Part shown: in pieces, positions 27,245-36,592 of the stretch
Numbering within the stretch: the first letter of the stretch is position 1
Layout: each line of letters begins with the position of its first letter
NCBI GenBank assembly: GCA_903888625.1
Contig: CAISUD010000039.1
Location: forward strand, 1 to 43,290
DNA from: an uncultured bacterium
GTDB lineage: Bacteria; Patescibacteriota; Minisyncoccia; Phycocordibacterales; UBA9973
Length of the DNA: 43,290 nt
Direction: 5' to 3'
Made by a program: the position numbers and the translations under genes
The notes under the pieces: model-generated
The model's input: only the letters and a program-made list of their open reading frames with translations
The model's database searches: none
Told to the model about the DNA's origin: nothing

Positions 27245-27560
27245 ATTTGATAGAAAGAATTTTTACTTTGAAGAATGGCTGACGATGACCGTTACGACGA
27301 AGGTAACGAGACTTTTGTTTATATTTAACAACCAAAACCTTGCGAGTGCGGCCAATTTGCACAAGTTCTGCTTCAACTTTTGCACCTGAGATAATAGGTG
27401 TACCGATAGTAGTGTCCTTGCCATCATCTACGAGTAAAACTTGGTCAAAAATAAGCTTGTCTCCAACCTTGTATTCGCCCTTTATTTTCTCAATAGAAAC
27501 AAGGTCTCCTTTCGAGACTTTGTATTGTTTCCCGCCTGTTTTTATAACTGCAAATTCCAT
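27243..27560 (-). CDS. rplU: 50S ribosomal protein L21
   Basis: FAVIKTGGKQYKV, IGTP, GHRQPF. Confidence 0.97.
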   Translation of the reverse strand: MEFAVIKTGGKQYKVSKGDLVSIEKIKGEYKVGDKLIFDQVLLVDDGKDTTIGTPIISGAKVEAELVQIGRTRKVLVVKYKQKSRYLRRNGHRQPFFKVKILSIK

Positions 27561-27616
27561 ATAGACTATATTATATTAAATATTGTAAAAATGCAAGTTT
27601 TTGCTATAATCTCTTT

Positions 27617-29008
27617 ATGGCTATACAATTTTACAATACTCTCACTCGCAAAAAAGAAGAATTTACTCCTATAACCCCAGGTGAAGTCAAAATGTATTCT
27701 TGCGGGCCAACGGTCTACAACTATGCCCACATTGGCAATTTGCGGGCTTATGTTTTTACTGATATTCTGCGTAAAAGTTTAAAATACAATGGTTACAAAG
27801 TAACTCAGATAATGAATATTACCGACATTGGGCATCTTTCAAGTGACGCAGATTCCGGTGATGACAAAATGACCAAAGGGCTAATTCGTGAAGGCAAAGA
27901 ATTGAATTTAAAAAATATGCGAGAGCTAGCGGAATTTTATACTGAAAAATTCAAGGATGATTTAAAATCATTAAATATTGAATTACCAGACGGAATGTAT
28001 TTTGCAAGTGACTATGTACAAGAAGATATTGATTTAATCAAAAAGTTAGAAGATAAAAACTTTACATACAAAACAAGCGATGGAATTTATTTTGATACAG
28101 CAAAAATGCCAGACTATGGAATCCTCTGGGGTGGAAAAAGAATTCACGACGAAAAAGAAACTCGCATTGAAAAAAATATTGAGAAAAAAAACCCAGAAGA
28201 TTTTGCTCTTTGGAAATTCAATGATCAATTAGGATTTCCATCATCTTGGGGTATGGGCTTCCCTGGTTGGCATATCGAATGTTCTGCTATGGGTATTAAA
28301 TTTCTTGGAGAGCAATTTGATATTCATACAGGTGGCATAGAACATATTGATGTTCACCATACTAATGAAATTGCTCAATCAGAATGTGCTACTGGCAAAA
28401 AACCCTTTGTTAGATATTGGATGCACAATGAATGGATTTTATTTGGTAATAAAAAAATAGCCAAAGCTGATGGTACTTTTCTGAAATCAAGTGATTTAAA
28501 AGAAAAAAATATTAATCCAATTGCTTATAGGTTTTTTCTATTAATGGCAAATTATGGTAGTAAAATGAATTTCAATTGGGAAGCCTTGGAAGGAGCGGAA
28601 ACAGCCTTAAATAGGCTTTATAGGCTTTATAATGACCTTGGAAACACTATTGGAAGCGTCGATAAAGATTACCAGGAAAGGTTCAAAAACTTCATCAGCG
28701 ACGACTTAGACACTCCCAAAGCCCTTGCCCTCCTTTGGGATCTAATCAAAGACGAGAACGTTCCTAAAGCCGACAAAAAGGCTACAATTTTAGATTTTGA
28801 TAAAGTACTGGGTTTAAATTTTGAACACCAATCAGAAATTATTAAAAATGAAATAATTCCAAAAGAAATACAAAAATTAGCCGAAGAACGAAAAGAAGCC
28901 AGAAAAAATAAAGATTATAAAAAATCCGACGAACTTCGAAATGAAATCTCAAAACTAGGTTACGAAATCAAAGACAGCTCCGACGGATATAAAATAAATA
29001 AAATTTAA
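27617..29008 (+). CDS. cysS: Cysteine--tRNA ligase
   Basis: YSCGPTVY..AHIGN, NITD, DFALWK, PGWHIECSAM, DIHTGG, HHTNEIAQSE, DDLDTP. Confidence 0.96.
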   Translation: MAIQFYNTLTRKKEEFTPITPGEVKMYSCGPTVYNYAHIGNLRAYVFTDILRKSLKYNGYKVTQIMNITDIGHLSSDADSGDDKMTKGLIREGKELNLKNMRELAEFYTEKFKDDLKSLNIELPDGMYFASDYVQEDIDLIKKLEDKNFTYKTSDGIYFDTAKMPDYGILWGGKRIHDEKETRIEKNIEKKNPEDFALWKFNDQLGFPSSWGMGFPGWHIECSAMGIKFLGEQFDIHTGGIEHIDVHHTNEIAQSECATGKKPFVRYWMHNEWILFGNKKIAKADGTFLKSSDLKEKNINPIAYRFFLLMANYGSKMNFNWEALEGAETALNRLYRLYNDLGNTIGSVDKDYQERFKNFISDDLDTPKALALLWDLIKDENVPKADKKATILDFDKVLGLNFEHQSEIIKNEIIPKEIQKLAEERKEARKNKDYKKSDELRNEISKLGYEIKDSSDGYKINKI

Positions 29009-29010
29009 AT

Positions 29011-29041
29011 AAAAAAAAGTCGGCATATTTGTCGACTTTTT
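29011..29041. terminator. Bidirectional terminator
   Basis: A8-GTCGGCA-TATT-TGTCGAC-T5 between convergent genes. Confidence 0.75.
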
Positions 29042-29058
29042 GTTTACTGTTAACTAAT

Positions 29059-29310
29059 CTAAATACCCTGGCCAAGTGGATGTTTTACAACTTTTACTCT
29101 TTCATCGTGATTACCGGCGATAACAGAGTATTTATCTTTACTTGTCACAATATGGAAGGTACTCTTTGTTTTTTTACATTTCATAATTCTTGTACCCTCA
29201 ATGCAATCGTAAAAAGTAACATTGAATTTACAACAACACGGACAACCGTATTGTATAAAATCATTCGGCCTAATTGCTACTGTTGATTTAGATTTAATTT
29301 TTGTTTTCAT
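29059..29310 (-). CDS. Small basic Cys-containing hypothetical protein
   Basis: MKTKIK… start; GCPCCCK…C…C; upstream TTGACA-16-TATATT (29436-29463) and downstream terminator. Confidence 0.55.
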   Translation of the reverse strand: MKTKIKSKSTVAIRPNDFIQYGCPCCCKFNVTFYDCIEGTRIMKCKKTKSTFHIVTSKDKYSVIAGNHDERVKVVKHPLGQGI

Positions 29311-29472
29311 AAAAAATATTATATAGTTAGACATTTTATTGATTTGCAAAAACTTAAAAACCAAAAATGATTTTCAAGATTTCACAAACCAAAATCTAAA
29401 CTTTTTCAAGGATCGGTATCTGGAGATTTAATATTAATATATCATTTTAATTAATTCTGTCAACTATTTTAT

Positions 29473-29501
29473 AAAACGACTAGGTCTTGCCTAGTCGTTT
29501 T
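29473..29501. repeat. Left REP-like palindrome of the transposase
   Basis: AAAACGACTAGG-TCTTG-CCTAGTCGTTTT, perfect 12-bp stem. Confidence 0.9.
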
Positions 29502-29521
29502 TTTTGATATATAATTGATAT

Positions 29522-30187
29522 ATGTCTATCAGAAAAATAAATTTAGTTGGAGGTGAATATTATCATATTTATAATCGTGGTAATAGCAAGCAGAAAATTT
29601 TTCACGATAATGAAGATTATTTTCGCTTTATGAGTCTTTTATACTCTTGCAATTCTATAAATAGTTTTAGAATTTTTGGTCTGAACAAAGACGAAAGTCC
29701 ATATGATTTTGACAGAGATAAACAAATTGTCTCTATTGGATCTTTTTGTTTAATGCCTAATCATTTTCATATTCTTATTACCCAATTAGAGGAAAAAGGT
29801 ATCAGTAAATTTATGCAAAAATTAAGCACAGCTTATTCTATGTATTATAATAAAAAATACATAAGAACCGGTGGATTGTTTGAAGGAAAATTTAAATCCG
29901 AACACGCAAAAAATGATCGTTATTTAAAATATTTATTTTCATATATTCATTTAAATCCAATAAAACTTTTTCAAAAAGATTGGAAAGAAATAGGAATAAA
30001 AAATAAAAAAGAAGCTCTGGCCTATTTAGAAAAATATAAATATTCTAGTTATCAAGATTTTTTGGATATAAAAAGAATTCAAAATAAAATATTAAATATA
30101 GAATCTTTTCCAAAATATTTTTCAAACAAAGAATCATTTATAAAAGAAATCTTTGAGTGGTTGGGTTATAACAACAAAAATGACTAG
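29522..30187 (+). mobile_element. REP-associated tyrosine transposase (RAYT/TnpA-REP; HUH Y1, IS200/IS605 superfamily)
   Basis: YYHIYNRG, CLMPNHFH (HUH), GGLFEGKF, YIHLNP (catalytic Tyr), YSSY; flanked by inverted palindromes. Confidence 0.9.
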
Positions 30188-30205
30188 GCAAGACCTAGTC
30201 ATTTT
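30177..30205. repeat. Right REP-like palindrome of the transposase (contains its stop codon)
   Basis: AAAATGACTAGG-CAAGA-CCTAGTCATTTT; inverted relative to the left copy, with one compensatory pair change. Confidence 0.9.
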
Positions 30206-30206
30206 A

Positions 30207-31145
30207 TTAATCCCAATTAAAGTTGTTGCCATGGTGGCCCCAGAGAGCTGTTTCAGCAAATTTCACTTTATCTAGTTTTAAAAATTCTCGAATACCACTT
30301 GGAGATAAGTCATAACCCTCCACTTGTTCTTCTTTGCTATCGACGACGGCTACTGCCATCACTGGTTCACTTTTGCCAATGGCATAAGCTAATTTCACAA
30401 AAATTTCGTTTGCATTATTTTTTTTCAACAAACCAACAGCTATTTTTCTTGCCATATAGGCACCACTCCTATCAACTTTAGTATAATCTTTTCCAGAAAA
30501 AGAACCGCCACCGATTGGAATCTCTGGTCCATAATTATCTATCACTAATTTTCTGCCTGAAAGACCAGTGTCAGAATCAAAACCACCTTGGGTCCATTCT
30601 CCGGCTGGATTAATTAAATACTCATCAGCTATAATTATGCTTTTTACTAATGGCAATAAATCCACATTTTTGGAATTTTGAAAACTGACTACTACTGTTT
30701 TTATTTTTTCATCTTCCAAAGTCACTTGCACTTTGCCATCGTAAGGATATTTTTCATAAACTTTTTGACAAAGGTCTCGAGCTAAATCGTATTCTCTCGG
30801 CATCATATTTTCTGTCTCGTTCGTCGCATAACCTTTCATTATTCCTTGATCCCCCGCTCCACCAGTATCCACTCCTTTTGCAATTTCAGAACTTTGTTTT
30901 ACTAAGTTTATTTTTATTTCAAAATTATTTCCAACTATTTTTTTAATTAAAGATTCAATATCTGGGCTAGCGTTACTCGTCACTTCACCATTCACATTTA
31001 TCAAACCATGCCCTCCCATCACTTCTACTGCCACTCGGCTATCTTTATCCAACTCTAAAAATGCATCTAAAATAGAATCGGCAATAAAATCACACATTTT
31101 GTCTGGATGTTTTGGACTCACAAACTCAGCTGTTTTGATACTCAT
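30207..31145 (-). CDS. metK: S-adenosylmethionine synthetase (compact)
   Basis: EFVSPKHPDKMCD, GAGDQG, DGKVQV, INPAG, DTGLSGRK, GGGSFSGKDYTKVDRSGAY. Confidence 0.95.
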   Translation of the reverse strand: MSIKTAEFVSPKHPDKMCDFIADSILDAFLELDKDSRVAVEVMGGHGLINVNGEVTSNASPDIESLIKKIVGNNFEIKINLVKQSSEIAKGVDTGGAGDQGIMKGYATNETENMMPREYDLARDLCQKVYEKYPYDGKVQVTLEDEKIKTVVVSFQNSKNVDLLPLVKSIIIADEYLINPAGEWTQGGFDSDTGLSGRKLVIDNYGPEIPIGGGSFSGKDYTKVDRSGAYMARKIAVGLLKKNNANEIFVKLAYAIGKSEPVMAVAVVDSKEEQVEGYDLSPSGIREFLKLDKVKFAETALWGHHGNNFNWD

Positions 31146-31178
31146 AATGTTTTAAAATTAATAATAATATATTTTAGA

Positions 31179-32228
31179 CTATAACGGTTCTTGTTCAGTA
31201 ATGCAATGAATTGCTCCCCCCCCATAAATTAAATCTGTAGCGTTTATACCTACAACTTCTCTATCTGGAAAACACGATTTAATAATGCCTAATGCCACCT
31301 CGTCATTTTGGTCATTAAAAACAGAAACGAGCACTACTTGATTCGCAATATAAAAATTCGTATAGGAAGCTGGAGCTTGCTTGCCATGAAAATCTTTTTC
31401 ACCCTCGTCGTACTTCATATGGGGCATGGGTAATTTTATAATATCAAATGCATTGCCGTTTTGATCTTTTGAGTTCTGTAAAATTTCATAATTTTCATTT
31501 AATCTTTTATAGTTTTCATTATTTATATCATCTTCATAGGCACACAAAATTTTATTAGGGCCCACGAAACGAGCAACTTCATCGACATGCCCATCAGTAT
31601 GATCATTGACTAAGCCATTTTCTAACCAAATAATATTCGTTGCCCCCAAATATTCTTTTAAAATATCGTTGTTATCTTTTCCAGATTTTTCTAGATTTCT
31701 ATTTTTTAATAAACATTCTTTCGTTGTTAAGATTGCCCCTATCCCATTTGAATCTATGGCTCCTCCCTCAAGCACCATTTCACTTCGAAACATTTCTAGT
31801 TTTATCTTGTCTTTCAAAGTCAAAAAAATATCATTATCTGGCAATAATTCACTAAATTTTCCACCATAACCATCGTAATTAAATTTTACCCAAGAAAGTT
31901 CATTGTCTTTTTTTACAAAAATTGGTCCATAGTCGCGCATCCAAACATCCACGTATTTTGCTTGAAAAAATATAATCTTTGCTAAATCTATCCCTCGCTC
32001 TTTCATTAGTATTTTTATTTTATATTCTTCATTTTCATTTAATACTAGTAATTTAACAACTTCATTTTTGTGTAAATTAAAAATTATTTCTAAATATATT
32101 TTTTTTATATTCTCAATTCTATCACCAAAATAATCTGCATCGTTTGGCCACGCAAGCCAAGTAGCCTGATGCTCCTCCCATTCAGCTGGCATTAGAAAAT
32201 TATTTTTATTTTGTATTTCTTCTAGCAT
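31179..32228 (-). CDS. aguA: Agmatine deiminase
   Basis: MPAEWE..ATWLAWP, WMRDYGP, LEGGAI, DHTDGHVD, ASYTNFY, GGGAIHCIT; start placed at MLEE (32228). Confidence 0.9.
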   Translation of the reverse strand: MLEEIQNKNNFLMPAEWEEHQATWLAWPNDADYFGDRIENIKKIYLEIIFNLHKNEVVKLLVLNENEEYKIKILMKERGIDLAKIIFFQAKYVDVWMRDYGPIFVKKDNELSWVKFNYDGYGGKFSELLPDNDIFLTLKDKIKLEMFRSEMVLEGGAIDSNGIGAILTTKECLLKNRNLEKSGKDNNDILKEYLGATNIIWLENGLVNDHTDGHVDEVARFVGPNKILCAYEDDINNENYKRLNENYEILQNSKDQNGNAFDIIKLPMPHMKYDEGEKDFHGKQAPASYTNFYIANQVVLVSVFNDQNDEVALGIIKSCFPDREVVGINATDLIYGGGAIHCITEQEPL

Positions 32229-33084
32229 TATTTTTAGAAATATTTTGATAGGTATCTGCCCGACGATTTCGCATAAAACCCCATTCTTCTTCAATTATTT
32301 TGTTTAAAGATAAATCAATTTTAGCTATGACTATTTCATCCTTATCTTTCTTGCCCCGTTTGATAATTTTGCCAAAAGCGTCACAAATAAATGACTGCCC
32401 CCAGAATTTTAATTTGTCTTCAACCCCTATGCGATTCACAGCCACAGTATATAAACTATTAGCTATAGAATGACTTCGCATCATCGTCTCCCAAGCTTCG
32501 TGCCAATCGCCTTCTTGTTCTTTCACTCCGACAATATTACCGATAGCAGTTGGATAAAAAACTATTTCAGCTCCAAGCATTTTTACTGCTCGAGCTGCTT
32601 CCGGAAACCATTGATCATAACAAATAAGTACAGCAAAAGTGGCGTACTTTGTTTTGAAAATTTTATAACCAGTATCTCCTTCAGCAAAATAATTTTTCTC
32701 ATAAAAAAGTGGGTCTTGCGGAATATGAATTTTTCGATAGGTTGGTAGAAGTTTTCCATCTACATCAATAACTACGGCTGAATTGTGATATTTCCCATAT
32801 TTGTCTTTTTCATAAATTGGCACGATAATGACAACTTTATTCTCTTTGGCAATTTTTGAAAAAACTTTAGTGGATTCTCCAGGAATACTTTCAATATAAT
32901 TATCTTTGACTACATTTTTGTATTGAGGAAAATATGTGGTCTTATAAAGCTCCTGCAAGCAAATAATCTCGGCACCCCTAGCAATAGCGTCTTTAACTAA
33001 TAAAACGGTCTTATTTAAATTTTTATTTAAATCGCTAGATACTGCACTTTGTATCCCTGCGACAGTTACAAATTTATTTTTCAT
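32206..33084 (-). CDS. aguB: N-carbamoylputrescine amidase-like carbon-nitrogen hydrolase
   Basis: Nitrilase E-K-C triad (LQEL, YRKIHIP..P.FYEK.YF, ICYDQWFPEAAR), YPTAIG; adjacent to agmatine deiminase. Confidence 0.85.
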   Translation of the reverse strand: MKNKFVTVAGIQSAVSSDLNKNLNKTVLLVKDAIARGAEIICLQELYKTTYFPQYKNVVKDNYIESIPGESTKVFSKIAKENKVVIIVPIYEKDKYGKYHNSAVVIDVDGKLLPTYRKIHIPQDPLFYEKNYFAEGDTGYKIFKTKYATFAVLICYDQWFPEAARAVKMLGAEIVFYPTAIGNIVGVKEQEGDWHEAWETMMRSHSIANSLYTVAVNRIGVEDKLKFWGQSFICDAFGKIIKRGKKDKDEIVIAKIDLSLNKIIEEEWGFMRNRRADTYQNISKNNARRNTK

Positions 33085-33087
33085 TCT

Positions 33088-33687
33088 TTAACTATAGCAT
33101 TTTTTAATAAAAAATCTAGAAATTCTTTTACGGTAAATAAATGAAATCTCAAAAAGATTTGCTATTATTAGATATATTGAAAAAGCATAAATAGAAAAAT
33201 GCCAATCTTTAATTATTAATAAAGCAAAAATATTATTAATAATTCCTCCTAAATATCCAAAACTATTTTCTGTTTCTGGAAATTTATATGTTTTAATAAA
33301 AGTTGGAAAGTATGCAAGTAAGTCACTCACAATCACAAAGATGATTGAAATTACTAAATTATTAGTAATAATATAAAGGATTAAAGATAAAATTGAAAGT
33401 AAACCACAAATTATGTCAAAAGCATTTATTTTCCAAAATACATTCTTACGAAACAAAGAAACTATTATTACAAGCAATGGACCAAAACCTGCCATAAAAA
33501 TACCAAAGGATGTAAAACCGGCTCCTGCTTTTATTGCTAAAAAAGTCCCAATAAGCGGAGCCAGCATCCAGATAAACCAAGAAATTAAATTTGGCCTAAC
33601 TACACCATAAATAATACTTTTAATATACCAAAGAGAACATAAAAAAGTTACAGTAACTCCAATAAAAATTATTTTTTCAGGCAACAT
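33088..33687 (-). CDS. Hypothetical polytopic membrane protein
   Basis: About 6-7 hydrophobic segments; internal two-fold motifs PNLISW / PETENS. Confidence 0.7.
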   Translation of the reverse strand: MLPEKIIFIGVTVTFLCSLWYIKSIIYGVVRPNLISWFIWMLAPLIGTFLAIKAGAGFTSFGIFMAGFGPLLVIIVSLFRKNVFWKINAFDIICGLLSILSLILYIITNNLVISIIFVIVSDLLAYFPTFIKTYKFPETENSFGYLGGIINNIFALLIIKDWHFSIYAFSIYLIIANLFEISFIYRKRISRFFIKKCYS

Positions 33688-33690
33688 ATC

Positions 33691-34248
33691 TTATTTTTTC
33701 TTTAATCCTTCTAAATAATTTAATTTATCTATGTCATCTGGAGACATTGAATTTCCATATTCATCTGGTGCTTTTACTACCTGTTTTACAACATCTATAT
33801 ATTTTTCTTCACTCCATTCCTTCGGATAAAAAGAACAATTTCTTGGTATAATAGAAAACCCCTTTTCAGTCTTTAAAAAAATTATTTCATACCCTCCATG
33901 TTTTCCTCCAAGTTGTTCTAATTTATTCGCATGAGCATTTTCATGTGCTAAAATATCATTTACGTTTTCTTTTTTAATATTAAGTGACTCTAAGGCAATC
34001 TTAAAATCAAACAATGTATCGAAATGGGCACTTGAATTTTCTATTATCTTTTCAAATTTTTTAATTTCACTTTTGTAATAATTAGTCATCTTTTCCCCTA
34101 ATTGTTCTTCGTCAATTTTTTTACTATATTGGAAAATTTTATCTTGTAGAGACTTATATAAATCAACAGAAAACGCATATATTTTCGCTTTTTCTATTTT
34201 TCCCAAAATTTTTTCTTTTGAATTATTTGAAAAATTTATATCCTCCAT
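33691..34248 (-). CDS. Hypothetical protein with HExxH motif
   Basis: ILAHENAHA; downstream SPDD. Metallopeptidase activity is inference only. Confidence 0.55.
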   Translation of the reverse strand: MEDINFSNNSKEKILGKIEKAKIYAFSVDLYKSLQDKIFQYSKKIDEEQLGEKMTNYYKSEIKKFEKIIENSSAHFDTLFDFKIALESLNIKKENVNDILAHENAHANKLEQLGGKHGGYEIIFLKTEKGFSIIPRNCSFYPKEWSEEKYIDVVKQVVKAPDEYGNSMSPDDIDKLNYLEGLKKK

Positions 34249-34254
34249 ATATTT

Positions 34255-34908
34255 TTACAACCCTTCTTTTTTTAATTCTTCTAAAAGTTCGCGGGCTTTT
34301 TTGGAAAGCTTTGATGGAGTTTTAATATTAATTTTAATATACAAATCCCCTGCTTTGCCATCTTTTATTTGTTCCCCTTGTCCAGAAACTTTCAAAGTTT
34401 GTCCATCTTTGATGCCCGCAGGAATTTTGATGGTTAAATCTTTGTGTCCGCTAATTGCGATTTTTTTATCAGCACCCAAAATTGCATCAGTTAAAGAAAT
34501 TCCAATTTCAGTTTGCATATCACGCCCACGAGGATTCCTCTGATAAAAACCACCTCTACCTCCGGCAAAAAAATCACTGAAAATATCATTCAAATTACCA
34601 AAATCAAATTCCACTCCATTGCCACCACCTTGAAAACCAGAAAAGTCAAAACCCCCAAATCCGCCTGGTTGGTACCCACCCTGCCCACCTGTCATGTTTT
34701 CATATCCAGAGCCAAATTGGTCGTATTTTGCTCGTTTAGCGTCATCTGACAGCACTTGATAAGCCTCGTTTACCTCTTTAAATTTGGCCTCATCTCCACC
34801 TTTTTTGTCAGGGTGATATTTCTGCGCCAGCTTATAAAAAGCCTTTTTGACTTCATCTTTTGACGCACCTTTATTTACACCTAATATGTTGTAATAATCT
34901 TTACTCAT
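34255..34908 (-). CDS. dnaJ: DnaJ-class chaperone, short form lacking zinc fingers
   Basis: J domain with HPD, G/F-rich region with DIF, single C-terminal domain; no CxxCxGxG. Confidence 0.88.
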   Translation of the reverse strand: MSKDYYNILGVNKGASKDEVKKAFYKLAQKYHPDKKGGDEAKFKEVNEAYQVLSDDAKRAKYDQFGSGYENMTGGQGGYQPGGFGGFDFSGFQGGGNGVEFDFGNLNDIFSDFFAGGRGGFYQRNPRGRDMQTEIGISLTDAILGADKKIAISGHKDLTIKIPAGIKDGQTLKVSGQGEQIKDGKAGDLYIKINIKTPSKLSKKARELLEELKKEGL

Positions 34909-34946
34909 TTTTAATTTATAATTCGTAATTAATAATTACTAATTGA

Positions 34947-36491
34947 TTATATCATTGGCTCCGCTTCACCATCATCTTTCTCATTTATTTCTTCCGTTTC
35001 TTCTTGCCCAGTAGAATCATCTTCTTCATTATTTTTATAATTTTCTTCAGTGATTTCCTTTTTTTCTTTTTCTTTTTCTTTTCTTTTTGTCTTACCTTCA
35101 ATAATTGCTTTTTCTTCGGCGCTTCGGATGATAGTAGCTTCTTCCTCAGCAATCAATTTATTTGCATCATCTTTTGGAATTGTGTATTTATCGTGAGAGG
35201 CTTTAATAATTTCTTCACGATTCGATTTATGTGTTGGTGGTAATATTCGCAAGGTCTCGGCAGAAAAAGGATCATAAGATTCTCCATCAATGGTCATCTT
35301 CACGTAAATTTCCCCAACGGCAAGGTTGATCATATCCTTCACGTCGAATACTGGAGCAAATTCTGGTTTCATTTTTACGGCATCTTCTCCACCAATACGG
35401 AAAGTGATGACGCTACCACAGTTACCGAGCACAGCCTGGTGAACTTTTGGTAAAATTTGTCCGACATATTGATGGGCCATAGTTAGGTTTAAGGCATACT
35501 TTCTGGCTTCCGATAAAATATTTTCAAAAGTTTGAGTCACCACGTTTTGGAACTCGTCGACATATAGATAAAAATCTTTACGGTCTTTTTCTGGAATACC
35601 TGCTCTTTCCATTCCAGCTTGTTTAATTTTAGTTAAGAAAATAGAACCTAGAAATGAAGAATTTTCTTCACCGAGACGTCCTTTGGAAAGATTAATCAGA
35701 ATAATTTTTTCCTCATTCATCAATTTACTGATATCAATTTTATTTTGCTTCTGTCCGAAAATATTTCGAAGTAATGGATCAGACAAAAATTGTCCGAGTT
35801 TATTGACGAGTGGAATGATAGCATCAGTGTCGAATTTTTCGGACCAGTCGGCGAATTCGATAGCGAAGAATCTTTTTACCATATCATCCTTAATATATTC
35901 CACAACCTTCTGACGATAATTTCTATCGGTCAACATTGAAATCATTCCACGCATTGTCGCATGGGGATAGTCGAGCAGTGCCAAACAAGTAAAACGGAAA
36001 ACGTGTTCGAGTCTGGGTGTCCAATTGGCACCGAATTGCTTTTGAAAAACTTCAATCAAACCTTGAGTCAATTGAAATTTAAACATTGGATCGACATTGG
36101 CGAGTGGGTTGAAAGATGCAGGGAAATTTATATCTGTCGGGTCGATGATGCAAACATCCTCTATCCTTTCTTTTGGGATATAATCTAATATTGCATCGAT
36201 GACATCTCCGTGCGGGTCGATCAAGCAAAGCCCGTGATTGTAAGTGACATCTTGTCGGATAAAAAGTTCCAATAATTTTGTTTTTCCAACTCCTGATTTT
36301 CCGATAATATATAAATGCCTTCGGCGGTCTACCCGCTTGATTCCGAAAATAAATTTCTTTTCTTCCAAAGCTGCCACGTAATTTGTCCGCCCAAAAAAAG
36401 ACACTTCTTCAGGTTTAACTTTACCAAAAACCGGCAATTCTGGTGGTGGTGGCGCATATTTAATTATTTGAACTCGATTTGGTTTCGGCAT
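34947..36491 (-). CDS. TrwB/TraD/HerA-like P-loop ATPase (type IV coupling-protein-like), paralog B
   Basis: HLYIIGKSGVGKT (Walker A), IDPHGD, LYVDEFQN (Walker B), LSEARKY..AHQY; charged tail; no TM anchor seen. Confidence 0.85.
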   Translation of the reverse strand: MPKPNRVQIIKYAPPPPELPVFGKVKPEEVSFFGRTNYVAALEEKKFIFGIKRVDRRRHLYIIGKSGVGKTKLLELFIRQDVTYNHGLCLIDPHGDVIDAILDYIPKERIEDVCIIDPTDINFPASFNPLANVDPMFKFQLTQGLIEVFQKQFGANWTPRLEHVFRFTCLALLDYPHATMRGMISMLTDRNYRQKVVEYIKDDMVKRFFAIEFADWSEKFDTDAIIPLVNKLGQFLSDPLLRNIFGQKQNKIDISKLMNEEKIILINLSKGRLGEENSSFLGSIFLTKIKQAGMERAGIPEKDRKDFYLYVDEFQNVVTQTFENILSEARKYALNLTMAHQYVGQILPKVHQAVLGNCGSVITFRIGGEDAVKMKPEFAPVFDVKDMINLAVGEIYVKMTIDGESYDPFSAETLRILPPTHKSNREEIIKASHDKYTIPKDDANKLIAEEEATIIRSAEEKAIIEGKTKRKEKEKEKKEITEENYKNNEEDDSTGQEETEEINEKDDGEAEPMI

Positions 36492-36549
36492 TTCTTTATA
36501 TCTATATATTACTATTTTAGCATAAATTTAGCCTAAATTCAAAGAATTT

Positions 36550-36591
36550 CCACCTCCCCCAACTAAAGTTGGGTACTCTAGAAGAGGAGAA
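36550..36591 (+). repeat. Decayed REP-like element
   Basis: CCACCTCC-CCCAACT-AA-AGTTGGG-TACTCT…AGAGGAGAA, directly after the stop of paralog 2. Confidence 0.5.
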
Positions 36592-36592
36592 T

